A stretch of 64,000 nt of DNA from Candidatus Obscuribacterales bacterium (GTDB lineage: Bacteria > Cyanobacteriota > Vampirovibrionia > Obscuribacterales > Obscuribacteraceae), in contig CBDDIJ010000005.1 in assembly GCA_965228855.1 (NCBI GenBank), positions 384,001-448,000 on the forward strand. Reading direction: 5' to 3'. Under the pieces are notes generated by a model. That model saw only the letters and a list, made by a program, of their open reading frames with translations. It searched no databases and was not told where the DNA came from. Positions 8,406 through 18,199 of this stretch are shown here, one piece after another. Positions within the stretch are counted from its first letter, which is position 1. Every line of letters begins with the position of its first letter. The translations under genes were made by a program, and so were the position numbers.

Positions 8406-9415
8406 GATTTTCCAGTTTGTTTACTCGACACAGACTTGGTGCCGGTCTTACCTGACTTTTTCGGACCCTGCGCGCTCTTCAACTTAGTCTTACCGGCTTT
8501 GTCTTTTGAGAGTTTTTTCCCTCCACCCCGCTTGGGAGCTGGGTTCGCACCGACCAGTTCACGCTCTTCTTTTCCGGCTACTTCTTCAGTGTCGCCATCT
8601 TCTTCAGGCAAACATCTGAAGGAGCGACGATGCCAGATGGTCATTCCGTGTTCTTGAATGGCGAGGCGATGGACTTCGGAGGGATAGCCTTTGTTTGAAA
8701 GCCAGTTGTAGTGGGGAAAGTCATCGGCGAGTTTACACATCAAAGCGTCACGATGAACTTTGGCGACCACAGATGCGGCTGCGATAGCTGCTGAATGGCT
8801 ATCACCTTTAATCACGGGTAATTGATTGCACTCGATGTCAGCCATCTTCCACTTTCCGTCTATTAGGATGAGGCATTCTTTAAGGTCGAGCATCGCCTGT
8901 GATACCAGTTGCATGACCGCTCGTTTCATCGCCAGCAAGCTCGCGTGCAAAATATTGATTTCATCTATTTCTTCCGGAGACGCCTCGGCAATGGCAAAAC
9001 TTGCGCACCCCCGGATGGTTTGAGATAACTCCTCACGAACTGCGACGGGAAGTTTTTTAGAGTCATCCAGCGCAGCCAGACGTTCTGCCAGGTGCGAATT
9101 TCGATCGAACCAGGGAAGGAGCACGGCTGCAGCAACAACCGGTCCGGCAAGGCAACCGCGTCCAACTTCATCGACGCCAATCACCAGGCGTCTAGTTTCC
9201 GAAAACAGTCTGAGCTGACCAAACGTCTCATTGGTCACGCGAGCCGGTTTGCGAAACACAGTAAGATCTGTGCTTCCCATCACGAATTCGTCAAATCGAT
9301 CACAGTCAAACGCGAGGCGCTCAGCAAGCTGATCGAGCGGATTGATCGGCTCTACAGCGTTCTTCTTTCCGGCCGGTTTGCCTTTGGTCGCAGATTTAGC
9401 GCTGGTTCTCGCCAT
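8384..9415 (-). CDS. rnhB: Ribonuclease HII with Lys-rich terminal extensions
   Basis: GVDEVGRGCLAGPVVAAAV, DDSKKL, LIDG, KGDSHSAAIAAASVVAKV, NKGY, HRRSF; follows rplS-rbgA. Confidence 0.92.
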   Translation of the reverse strand: MARTSAKSATKGKPAGKKNAVEPINPLDQLAERLAFDCDRFDEFVMGSTDLTVFRKPARVTNETFGQLRLFSETRRLVIGVDEVGRGCLAGPVVAAAVLLPWFDRNSHLAERLAALDDSKKLPVAVREELSQTIRGCASFAIAEASPEEIDEINILHASLLAMKRAVMQLVSQAMLDLKECLILIDGKWKMADIECNQLPVIKGDSHSAAIAAASVVAKVHRDALMCKLADDFPHYNWLSNKGYPSEVHRLAIQEHGMTIWHRRSFRCLPEEDGDTEEVAGKEERELVGANPAPKRGGGKKLSKDKAGKTKLKSAQGPKKSGKTGTKSVSSKQTGKSKNKKEG

Positions 9416-9453
9416 TCGCACTCCGAGGTCACGGTGCTTTTCCAGCTTCTATT

Positions 9454-10407
9454 TTAGGGATCGAGCGTAAATCTTCCCACTCTTCCGTCTCTAACCTCGG
9501 TGAGCAACAAGGCTGCAGCCCTGTTTATATCAGGCATTGCGCCAGAGGTTAGAAGATTTCTAGCCGCTGCGATGTCCGAAAGCCCCTTGCCGTCAGCAGA
9601 TAGTCCTTGTATATACGATTCAAGCATTCCTGGATATCGTGCTCGAAACTCAAGAATGGCTTGCTCAGCAGTTTCCAAACGATCGTAGGTAGAGTCGGGC
9701 ACCAGATTGCAAATCGCCAGCTTGTCCTTGACGTGCTTTGGATATGCAGTCGGCGGCAGAATCCCAGGCGTGTCGAGCAACTCCAGCTTTGGATGCACCC
9801 GCACCCACTGCGTCCCGCGTGTAACTCCCGGCTTATTGCCTGTTTTTGTCCGATTTTGGCCGATAAGCCAATTGATCAACGACGACTTTCCAACGTTTGG
9901 CAATCCGACCACACAGACTCGCATCGGCCGGGGCAGAAGGCCTTTCTTCATGAGCGCCTCGAGCTTCTCGCGAGTCGCCTCGATGCAGGCGTTCATGATC
10001 TTGTCTTTGCCGGCGCTCGTTTTCAGCGAGACCAAAATACCCGGATAACCGGTTTCCGCGTTGAGCTCGTCTATCAATCTTCGCGTCTCATCAACGTCGC
10101 AGAGATCGGATTTTGAAAAAACAAACAGTCGCGGTTTCCGCCCAAAAATCTCATCGGCTTTTGGGTGGCGCGTTGAAAGAGGGACGCGCGCATCCATAAC
10201 TTCGATGACCAGATCAACCCACTTGATCAACTCCGTGATGTGCTGAAACGGCGTAGAAGCTGAACCAGACTTACGCTTCTGCGGTTTCTTCTTTATGGGT
10301 TTATCGTTTTTACTCGAATCGGATTTTCCGCCGGCACTATCCGACGGCTTATTGGAGGCCGATGGACGGTTGTCCGGACGACGCCTGTTGGGGCGTTTTG
10401 GCGGCAT
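9454..10407 (-). CDS. rbgA: Ribosome biogenesis GTPase YlqF/RbgA (circularly permuted)
   Basis: DAR.P, SKSD (G4), GLPNVGKSSLIN (G1), PGVTRG, LLDTPG. Confidence 0.9.
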   Translation of the reverse strand: MPPKRPNRRRPDNRPSASNKPSDSAGGKSDSSKNDKPIKKKPQKRKSGSASTPFQHITELIKWVDLVIEVMDARVPLSTRHPKADEIFGRKPRLFVFSKSDLCDVDETRRLIDELNAETGYPGILVSLKTSAGKDKIMNACIEATREKLEALMKKGLLPRPMRVCVVGLPNVGKSSLINWLIGQNRTKTGNKPGVTRGTQWVRVHPKLELLDTPGILPPTAYPKHVKDKLAICNLVPDSTYDRLETAEQAILEFRARYPGMLESYIQGLSADGKGLSDIAAARNLLTSGAMPDINRAAALLLTEVRDGRVGRFTLDP

Positions 10408-10410
10408 AGA

Positions 10411-10824
10411 TTAGGAGTTTTCTTCCTTCTTCTCAGCAGCTGGAGCGGCTTTGGCAGCGGCTTCAGTCTCACGCTTCACGCCGGTCTTTTCTTTGATTCT
10501 CGTAGCCTTACCGGTTCTTTCGCGCAGGTAATAGAGCTTGGCGCGGCGAACGTGACCACGACGCTGCACTTTGATCTTCTCAATGCGGGGAGAGTTGACC
10601 GGGAAAACACGCTCGATACCGATGCCTTGAAATACGCGGCGAACGGTGATGGTTTTGCCGACGCCACTGCCACGACGCTTGATGATGACGCCTTCGTAGC
10701 CCTGGGTACGCTCTTTACCGCCCTCGATGATCTTTACGAAAACCTTGACCGTATCGCCCACGTTGAGCTCGGGGAGGTCTTGTTTGATGTAGGGGGATTC
10801 AATGTCTTGAATTATCTGGTTCAT
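10411..10824 (-). CDS. rplS: 50S ribosomal protein L19
   Basis: [42 protein letters not shown]. Confidence 0.98.
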   Translation of the reverse strand: MNQIIQDIESPYIKQDLPELNVGDTVKVFVKIIEGGKERTQGYEGVIIKRRGSGVGKTITVRRVFQGIGIERVFPVNSPRIEKIKVQRRGHVRRAKLYYLRERTGKATRIKEKTGVKRETEAAAKAAPAAEKKEENS

Positions 10825-11158
10825 GGCTTCCTACCAGTGTTTGGTTTGAAATATATGAAAAGTAGCCCAAAATTCTATCATCTGAGCCCCGCCCCTGGCG
10901 CGTTCGCGGGACAAGCCTATTCATCTAGCTTCATAAATTGTCGCTCAGATCAGGTTCTTCAGCCACTTTGATACCGCGACAAGCGGACGGGCACGGCAAT
11001 TTGTGAAATGCCCACATTTGAACTCGAAAGCGCAAATGTTGCGAAACGTACTTCTTTAGATCGATCGCCCACAGCGAATCTCGGGAGATTGACAACCAAA
11101 TGGTTAGGGACGTTTCATAAGCAGAATTTCTGGAAGCCGAGCGCGGAAACGCCGCCGT

Positions 11159-11659
11159 TTACTCCTTCGTGCCACTAACCATGGTGGCATGACTACCTTC
11201 GAGAACCGTTTGCGCATCCTTGAGCGTGTTTAGCTCTGAAACGAAGTCCTCGATCGAACGAAACTGTCTGTAAACGGAAGCGAAACGCACATATGCGACT
11301 TCATCAAGGCTGCGTAAACGGGTCAGCGAAAGCTCTCCAAGCAATGTAGCCGGAACTTCTTTCTTGCCTAAAACAGCAAGCTCGTTCTCAACGGAATCTA
11401 CAAGGTCATCAATTTGCTCGGCTGTCACCATGGTTTTCGCACACGCGCGTCGCACACCACCGAGTAATTTTTCCCTCGTATAGGGCTCTCGGCTACCCGA
11501 GCGCTTCACAACCAATACTTGCATTACCTCGAGTCGCTCATACGTAGTAAAGCGCTTGTTGCACGCTTCACACTCTCGCCGCCGCCTGACCGAATTTTCA
11601 CCGGTCAAACGCGACTCCAGGACGCGACTGTCTTTCTTATTGCAAAATGGACAGAACAT
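11159..11659 (-). CDS. nrdR: Transcriptional repressor NrdR
   Basis: MFCPFC, RRRRECEAC, RFTTYE, ATP-cone, DEVAYVRFASVYRQF. Confidence 0.97.
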   Translation of the reverse strand: MFCPFCNKKDSRVLESRLTGENSVRRRRECEACNKRFTTYERLEVMQVLVVKRSGSREPYTREKLLGGVRRACAKTMVTAEQIDDLVDSVENELAVLGKKEVPATLLGELSLTRLRSLDEVAYVRFASVYRQFRSIEDFVSELNTLKDAQTVLEGSHATMVSGTKE

Positions 11660-11776
11660 ACGAGCATTATAGACCGAACCAATTACCGCACACCCAGCCG
11701 GCAAAGACCTGTAACGAGTCTTTATGCGCGCCTCGGCCACTTCAAGATTGACGCCGGAATTGCCATAATTAGAGAT

Positions 11777-12457
11777 ATGGCAAAACGTCCCAACCACTAC
11801 GATGTCCTAGGCGTAAAGCATGATGTCACCCAGGGTGACCTCAAAAAGGCTTTTCGCCAGTTGGTCAAAAAATTTCATCCGGACCTTGAATACAGCAAGC
11901 AAAATGCCAGCGAGCGTGTTCAGGCGAAAGAGCTGATGCAAAAGATCAATCAGGCATACGAGACACTGGTTGATAAGAAGAAACGCGAAGCCTACGATTA
12001 CAAGATCGGCTTGCGAAGCGAGTCTTTAAAGCGGGTCCGCCACCAGGTTCATCAAGCCAAGAATGAAGAGCATTTGCGCGAAGTGTTTCTCGGCAAGGTT
12101 TTCCATCCTAATCGCCGCGCTATTGTTAAGGTTTTGAACCAATATAAAAGCAAACTTTCGCAATTGGAGCAGGACATTTATGACGACGAGCTGCTCGAGC
12201 AATTCAGCGTCTACGTGGACTCAATCGAGAAAACACTTCGCACGGCTTCTAACGAGTTCACGGCTTCACCGGCGCCTGACACATTGGAAGGCTCGGTGCG
12301 CTGGATGCGCCATTCGATAGCGCAAGCCGCCGACGGTCTAGAGGAACTGCATACTTTCTGTAAAAACTTCGACTACGATCATCTCAGCATGGCTGGGAAT
12401 TTGTTTAAAATCGCGCTGGAGCATGCCGCTCGCGCGCAGCAGCTAACCAAGCTTTGA
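11777..12457 (+). CDS. J-domain protein, cyanobacterial class C type
   Basis: NHYDVLGV, FHPD, INQAYETL; helical C-terminal domain; start reassigned to ATG 11777. Confidence 0.85.
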   Translation: MAKRPNHYDVLGVKHDVTQGDLKKAFRQLVKKFHPDLEYSKQNASERVQAKELMQKINQAYETLVDKKKREAYDYKIGLRSESLKRVRHQVHQAKNEEHLREVFLGKVFHPNRRAIVKVLNQYKSKLSQLEQDIYDDELLEQFSVYVDSIEKTLRTASNEFTASPAPDTLEGSVRWMRHSIAQAADGLEELHTFCKNFDYDHLSMAGNLFKIALEHAARAQQLTKL

Positions 12458-12463
12458 TGAGCT

Positions 12464-13720
12464 TCAAGCGCTGAAACCGTTGTTGAGCAACCGGCGAATT
12501 TCGACAGCACGAACTTGGCACAAATCCGCTTCGGAGTCGTTTCCAACCGAAGAATGCAATGCCGCAAGACTATCAAGAACACACGCCAGCTCCGGATGTG
12601 ATTCGAACTTCTCGCTCAATATCTTTAGAGCCTTGTTCAAAAGCTCCTCTGCTTTAGCCGCGTTTCGCAGCTCCAACTCCAGTTCTCCCTGGGCTCGATA
12701 AAGCTCGGCGACCTCTGGATGCTGCTCTCCAAGAAAGTCTAGTTTGAGCTTGCCGGCGTCGGCGAGATATCGTTTTGCATCGTAAAAGTTTTTCTGCTCA
12801 AGGTACAGATAACCAAACGCCTGGTAAGAACAAGCGATCGCGATATGCGTGCGAGGAAAGATTTGCTGCCTGATTCGCAACGCTCGCTCGAGAAGAACCC
12901 GCGCCTCATCAAGCCGGCCCGTTCTAACGTAGAGCTCACCCAGCGCATTCAGATTGTCGGCAAGCACATCTGTGTCTTCTTCAACACGCTCTTCAAGCAG
13001 CTTAATCGCCTGCTCAAACTGTGCTTCGGCCTGCACAAATTTCGATTCCTTCAAGAAGAGACTTCCTAAACCGAATCGATCGAGAGCGAGAACTAAAACG
13101 ATTTGGAACTCTTCGTCGGGATCATCATCGTCGTCAAGGTTCTCCAATTTGACTGCCGTCGCGGCTATGGATCGTTTGAAACACGCCTCAGCCTGATTGA
13201 ACTTGCCGATGCAAAGTAGAGCGCCGGCATGCTGACCAACAACGATCTGGGTGAGATTGTGCTCCCAACCGAGGGCAGCTTGCGCCTTGTCCACAGCCAA
13301 TTCGAATCGAGCGCATGCTTCTTGAAACCGATTGAGTCTCATGAGAGCGTGGCCCTCGTTCATCAAATTTAGCACTACCAGTGGTGACTCATGGATGCCG
13401 AAAAGATGTATCAACGGCGTGATCGATTCGTCTACGGCAATTCCCAGCCTAGCGACTTTTAGCGCCATCTCGTGACCGCCGAAATTGCTCAAAATGGTGG
13501 ACAGGTCAACGAAAAAGTAGGACATTGCAAATGGTCCAAGGACCGCCCAGACAAGAACAACAGGAACAAGAACCATTCTAAACGCCGGCTCGGCGACGGC
13601 GAACCCGAGCGAAAAACAAGCGCCCATCAGAATCCAAAAACAAAATGCAATAACACCAAGCGAAGGAGCCCCCAGCGTCGTCGAGGCTTTTGAAATTTGA
13701 TGTCCTTCACGCTCTTGCAT
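12464..13720 (-). CDS. Membrane-anchored TPR protein
   Basis: Two N-terminal TM segments; kinesin-light-chain-like TPRs (LNALGELY..GRLDEA..LERALRIR, HPEVA, HPELA). Confidence 0.8.
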   Translation of the reverse strand: MQEREGHQISKASTTLGAPSLGVIAFCFWILMGACFSLGFAVAEPAFRMVLVPVVLVWAVLGPFAMSYFFVDLSTILSNFGGHEMALKVARLGIAVDESITPLIHLFGIHESPLVVLNLMNEGHALMRLNRFQEACARFELAVDKAQAALGWEHNLTQIVVGQHAGALLCIGKFNQAEACFKRSIAATAVKLENLDDDDDPDEEFQIVLVLALDRFGLGSLFLKESKFVQAEAQFEQAIKLLEERVEEDTDVLADNLNALGELYVRTGRLDEARVLLERALRIRQQIFPRTHIAIACSYQAFGYLYLEQKNFYDAKRYLADAGKLKLDFLGEQHPEVAELYRAQGELELELRNAAKAEELLNKALKILSEKFESHPELACVLDSLAALHSSVGNDSEADLCQVRAVEIRRLLNNGFSA

Positions 13721-13810
13721 TAATGTCCTTGGAAATCTGTTGTAACTTCAGATGCTGCCTGCAATAGACAACTTTCGATTAAGGTTTCCAGTTCGATCAA
13801 ATACAACAAA

Positions 13811-15196
13811 CTATTCTTTGACAGTCCCGACCAAGTCCTTCTTGGCACCACTGTCGGTGGCATCACCTTCGCGGTCAATAGCCGTACCGATCAGATCATA
13901 CGGTTTCGCTTGATCGACGAGCACACGAGCGATTTCAGCCATCTCGACCAGATTCTCGTCGGTATCCTTAACGTACACGAGATTATCGACTTCCGGTGCA
14001 TCCCACTGCGAACGACCGATGTAGACGTTCTTGCGTTCGTCATAACGCTCGATCAGCACGTCAATCTCTTTACCGACCATGGCTTCGTTAAGCTCAGTCG
14101 AAATGCGGTGCTGCAGTTTCATAATCTTGCTGCGGCGAGCCTTTTTGACTTTCTCCGGAACCTGATCAGGCATATGTCCGCTGGGCACTTCAGTCTGCTT
14201 CGAGTACGTAAACACACCGAGCCGGTCGAAACGATACTTCTCTACGAATTGCATGAGGTGTTCGAAGTGCTCTTCTGTTTCACCTGGAAAACCGACGATG
14301 AAGGTGGATCGTACTTTTGCAGTTGGAACAAGTTTGCGCACGCGATCCATGACTTTCTCCGGATGCAGCGGACGCTTCATGCCTTTCAGAACTTCAGGAT
14401 GGCTGTGCTGAAGCGGGATATCGACATATTTAACGACTTTGTCCAGGCGATTGATCGCTTCCAGAATTTCGTCGGTAGTCTCAGTCGGATAGAAATACAT
14501 CACGCGAATCCAGGCCAGGTCCTCAATTTCGTTGAGCGCTTCCAGCAGCTCCGCAAGTGCAAGTTTTCCATACAAGTCTAAACCGTAGTAGGTCGAATCC
14601 TGGGAAACGAGTATAATCTCGCGTACTCCGGACTTCACAAGAATACGAGCTTCTTTGACGAGCGATTCGATCGAGCGCGAGCGAAATTTTCCGCGCAACA
14701 TCGGAATGATGCAGAAGCTGCAGGTATGATCGCAACCTTCAGCGATCTTCAGATAGGCTGAGGCTCCAACTCCGGTCAGCATACGGGGAAGCACTTCATC
14801 ACTGTAATCATTCGGAATTTCGCTCACTTCAACGACACGCAACTGCGAATCTTGAGCGACCGACGATATCACGTCGACAATCTTGTGGATGTCTCCGGTT
14901 CCAACTACCGCTCGCGCCTCGGGAATCTCGTTGAGCAGCTCTTCTTTGAAGTGCTGTGCCAGGCAACCGGCGATAATCAGTTCCTTGCCCTGATCGGCCA
15001 ATTCAACCAGAGTGCGCACCGATTCTTTGCGCGCATCGCCGATGAACGAACAAGTGTTGACGAGACACATCTCAGCTTCGTCACTGTCAAATGTGACCTG
15101 AAAACCGGCTTCGTTCAGTAAGCCCAACATTACTTCGGTATCAGTCGCGTTCTTCGGACAACCGAGAGTGACAACTCCGACCTTAGGGTTACGCAT
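13811..15196 (-). CDS. rimO: Ribosomal protein S12 methylthiotransferase RimO
   Basis: TLGCPKN, NTCSFI, AYLKIAEGCDHTCSFCIIP, FIVGFPGETEE, DAPEVD, TRAM domain; alternative TTG start at 15325. Confidence 0.95.
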   Translation of the reverse strand: MRNPKVGVVTLGCPKNATDTEVMLGLLNEAGFQVTFDSDEAEMCLVNTCSFIGDARKESVRTLVELADQGKELIIAGCLAQHFKEELLNEIPEARAVVGTGDIHKIVDVISSVAQDSQLRVVEVSEIPNDYSDEVLPRMLTGVGASAYLKIAEGCDHTCSFCIIPMLRGKFRSRSIESLVKEARILVKSGVREIILVSQDSTYYGLDLYGKLALAELLEALNEIEDLAWIRVMYFYPTETTDEILEAINRLDKVVKYVDIPLQHSHPEVLKGMKRPLHPEKVMDRVRKLVPTAKVRSTFIVGFPGETEEHFEHLMQFVEKYRFDRLGVFTYSKQTEVPSGHMPDQVPEKVKKARRSKIMKLQHRISTELNEAMVGKEIDVLIERYDERKNVYIGRSQWDAPEVDNLVYVKDTDENLVEMAEIARVLVDQAKPYDLIGTAIDREGDATDSGAKKDLVGTVKE

Positions 15197-15350
15197 GGCT
15201 GGATAAGCTCCTTGATGTGCCTCGGAATGAGCAACCGCACTGGTTACTCGAAGACGAGTCAAGCCCTGAGGGCTTCTCTCTGGTGAGTCGAAAGAAACAC
15301 CTGCCTCTTTCGAAAGAGGCTTCAAGAGTTAGACGCGGTTAACACTGCTG

Positions 15351-16472
15351 TTACTCGCTGTCAAGACGTCCCTCAGTATAGCGGTAAGGTACACCTATAG
15401 ATCTAGATCCACCTACGGATTCGCCTGGAATGTAACGCGACGGTGCATCTTCGAGGCGTCTGGCGGACGGCGCCGGCTTTGGCTTACGCACGACTGGAGC
15501 CTTCGGTTTCTTGATTGTAGTTGTGGAAATCGGCTTAACAACAGAGCCATCGCTCGAGATAGAGGTGAGGTCACCGGTATCAGCAGTGGTCGGAGAACCA
15601 CCGTTTGCAGCCATGAAGACCCGGTCAACGCGCTGTCCAGCCGGTCCAAATGTTTCATGCTTGCCTTGATAGGAAACATTTACGCTAGCACCGTTGCCGG
15701 TTCTCACCTTCAATCCGGAGTTGTCCTGGAAATCACGACGATCGCCTGCTTCAAGGAAGCCGGTGAACAGAGATTCTCCAGTCGCGACTGATTTGACCTC
15801 CACCCAGACATGCTGGCTGGCTTGCAACGATATGCGGCAGTCCTTGTCGGTTGACGCAGGAGTTCCAGCAGTAGGAGTCGCGCTTGTAGTCGGGGTCGGT
15901 GGCGTCGAAGGTTGAACGGAGTTGAACCGAGAAGATGACTCCTTCAGCGACGCTAGTATCGGGTCGTGCTGGTTCATGTAAATTGAATTCTGATACATCA
16001 TCACGTAACCCATGCCGACCAGCACGAGAACGATTAAAACTGCAGGCCAGAAGAAGGTCTTCATCAGCCCCGGACGCGGAGGCTCCATGATATTGACTTT
16101 GCTCAGAGACGGAGTAATGACGGGCTGCGACTGAACGGCCACGCTCTTGCTCTTCTGTCCGCCGAGAGCGCCGAATATGCCCCGACCGTTGTCGTGCGCA
16201 TCTTCGATATATTGCTTGTATTCTTCGGAGAGGCTGCGACCGTTAAGACCTAACAAATCGGCATAACGCTTGATGAAACCGGCCACATAAACCGGCTCCG
16301 GTAGTTGCTCGGCATCGCCGGTCTCGATAGCTTCGAGATTGCTCGTTGGAATTTTTGTTTTATCGTAAATTTGCCCGAGGGTTAAACCCCTGCTCTCACG
16401 GGCGTTCTTCAGCTTTTGACCGATCTGCTCTAGGCTGGACACCCCGGCTACTCCTATAAATGGCAACACCAC
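15351..16472 (-). CDS. rodZ: Cytoskeleton protein RodZ (HTH, TM, DUF4115-like)
   Basis: GQKLKNARE, LEAIETG..LPEPVYVAGFIKRYA, single TM, WVEV, GNGASV. Confidence 0.88.
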   Translation of the reverse strand: MVLPFIGVAGVSSLEQIGQKLKNARESRGLTLGQIYDKTKIPTSNLEAIETGDAEQLPEPVYVAGFIKRYADLLGLNGRSLSEEYKQYIEDAHDNGRGIFGALGGQKSKSVAVQSQPVITPSLSKVNIMEPPRPGLMKTFFWPAVLIVLVLVGMGYVMMYQNSIYMNQHDPILASLKESSSRFNSVQPSTPPTPTTSATPTAGTPASTDKDCRISLQASQHVWVEVKSVATGESLFTGFLEAGDRRDFQDNSGLKVRTGNGASVNVSYQGKHETFGPAGQRVDRVFMAANGGSPTTADTGDLTSISSDGSVVKPISTTTIKKPKAPVVRKPKPAPSARRLEDAPSRYIPGESVGGSRSIGVPYRYTEGRLDSE

Positions 16473-17188
16473 TCAATTTCCTTTGGCGACAGGTAACGCC
16501 ACTCTCCAGGCCCCATCGGCTTCAATTGTAACCTACCTATAGCAACTCTGACCAAACGAATCACCGGATGGCCAACTTGCTCGCACATCCGCCTAATCTG
16601 CCGGTTTCGGCCTTCGCATATGGAAATATGAAAGGATGTTCGATCTTGCCTGTCGTGAATATCTGCGATGCGCGCCGGCAGAGTCCAACCGTCATCCAAT
16701 TCGATACCGTTTTGCAGATCGTCAAAAACAGCATCGTCCGGAATGCCTTTAACCGTAACCTGATATTTTTTCCATACTGTTTTTGACGGATGCGTGAGCC
16801 TGAAAGCAGCGTCGCCATCGTTGGTCATGATGAGCAAACCCTCAGAATCGCGATCGAGCCGGCCGACCGGTTTCAAATGGTCGAGAGATTTCGGTAGAAG
16901 GTCGAGCACGTTTTTTCGCCCCAATTCATCTGAGCGAGTAGCAACAATTCCCTTTGGTTTATAGAGGGCGACGTACAATTTTTTCTTGAAACCAAGCTGT
17001 TTACCATCGACCGTCAAATGATCTCTGTCCACATCAATCAAACGATTGAACTCAGTGCAGACCACACCGTTGACCTTGACCAGTCCGGCTTGAATGGCTT
17101 CATCAGCCTGCCTTCGCGACATAACACCGGTTGACGCAACCGCTTTATTCAGGCGCAAGCCTACCTTTTTATTTTTCGACTGAGCCAC
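16454..17188 (-). CDS. rluB: rRNA pseudouridine synthase, RluB/RsuA family, with S4 domain
   Basis: SRRQAD, KPKG, VGRLDRDSEGLL, EGRNRQIRRM. Confidence 0.88.
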   Translation of the reverse strand: MAQSKNKKVGLRLNKAVASTGVMSRRQADEAIQAGLVKVNGVVCTEFNRLIDVDRDHLTVDGKQLGFKKKLYVALYKPKGIVATRSDELGRKNVLDLLPKSLDHLKPVGRLDRDSEGLLIMTNDGDAAFRLTHPSKTVWKKYQVTVKGIPDDAVFDDLQNGIELDDGWTLPARIADIHDRQDRTSFHISICEGRNRQIRRMCEQVGHPVIRLVRVAIGRLQLKPMGPGEWRYLSPKEIEWCCHL

Positions 17189-17229
17189 GGACTGCCACCA
17201 CTGACGGTATCACGGTAAATTATTTCAAA

Positions 17230-17263
17230 CAAAAGGCGCACAGACGAAAACGTTTGAGCGCCT
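17230..17263 (-). terminator. Probable terminator of the ytxH cluster
   Basis: AGGCGC...GCGCCT stem with a T-run on the minus strand. Confidence 0.45.
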
Positions 17264-17293
17264 CTTCAAATTCATTGCAGGTCGAGCTGCCGA

Positions 17294-17674
17294 TTAGCTT
17301 CCCGATGTAGCCGATTCGACGTCGTCAACCAGAACTTGCGTGCTCTGACCAGCCATCTCTTTCAACTTGCTTTCCACCTGGTCTTTGGTGTGTTGAACGC
17401 TGTCAGAAGCCTTCTTGATCACTTCGCCGCTTCTACCTTTGATATCTTCCAGCGCGTGCTCCGTGCGACCTTTGATTTCGCTGAACTTACTGCCGGTAGC
17501 ATTAGACAGTTCGCCGAGTTGGTCGGACGCTTGTTTGTACAAATCTTCGCTGCCGTCAGCAAGCTGACGACGCAGTTCTGCTCCAGATTTAGGAGCCGAG
17601 AGAATTCCGAAGACGAAGCCAATCAAGCCTCCGACTACGAGTCCCTCGAAAAATCTTCCGGTGTTATCAGCCAT
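17294..17674 (-). CDS. YtxH-domain (LEA-like) general stress protein
   Basis: FFEGLVVGGLIGFVFGILSAPKSGAELRRQL followed by amphipathic repeats. Confidence 0.85.
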   Translation of the reverse strand: MADNTGRFFEGLVVGGLIGFVFGILSAPKSGAELRRQLADGSEDLYKQASDQLGELSNATGSKFSEIKGRTEHALEDIKGRSGEVIKKASDSVQHTKDQVESKLKEMAGQSTQVLVDDVESATSGS

Positions 17675-17747
17675 CTTCGTCACCTCTTCTGCTGACTTTT
17701 AGTTCTACAAGATTTGAGCGCGTTTAGCTCAAACATTCAGCGGATCG

Positions 17748-18164
17748 CTAAACCGTCCGCGATGTGCTCTTAACTTTGGGTTCCGCATTGTCTTTGGGCG
17801 TCGGCTTACCTTCCAGGTAGGCTTTCCACCCAGCCATCAGACCAGCGCCCCACACCGAGGATGTGGATTTAGCCTGATCAGCGACTTTCGAAATGTTGCC
17901 TGTTACGTCTTCAACTCTCGTTCCGACGTCGGTAATACGCTGCTCAGCAATTGCTTTGATTTCCTGAACGCTGCCGAGCACCAGATTTACCTCATTGAGG
18001 GTCGGTCCCAGCTCCTTGTCGAGCGTGCGAATCAGACTCTCAGTGGCTTCCAGGGTACGTTCCGACTGTTTCAATAAATTGGAAAGCGGCGAAACCATAA
18101 GCGCCAGCGTAAATGCAAACGCTAAAAACAGAAAAATAACGATCATGTCCAGTAACGGTGGCAC
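17748..18164 (-). CDS. DUF948/YtxG-like membrane-anchored coiled-coil protein
   Basis: N-terminal TM, ELGPTL coiled coil; lies between two YtxH genes. Confidence 0.7.
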   Translation of the reverse strand: MPPLLDMIVIFLFLAFAFTLALMVSPLSNLLKQSERTLEATESLIRTLDKELGPTLNEVNLVLGSVQEIKAIAEQRITDVGTRVEDVTGNISKVADQAKSTSSVWGAGLMAGWKAYLEGKPTPKDNAEPKVKSTSRTV

Positions 18165-18199
18165 TTGAGACCTCGCTGGCGATAAATGGATATCGGTTT

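Noticed and set aside
11519..11797. Apparent head-to-head overlap of nrdR and the J-protein ORFs
   Set aside because: Artefact of longest-ORF starts; family N-termini place the starts at 11659 and 11777
15279..15301. Hammerhead-like or SRP-like motif CTGGTGAGTCGAAAGAAAC
   Set aside because: Lacks an intact CUGANGA core and a complete stem II plus GAAA; lacks the SRP helix-8 CAGG/AGCA loop
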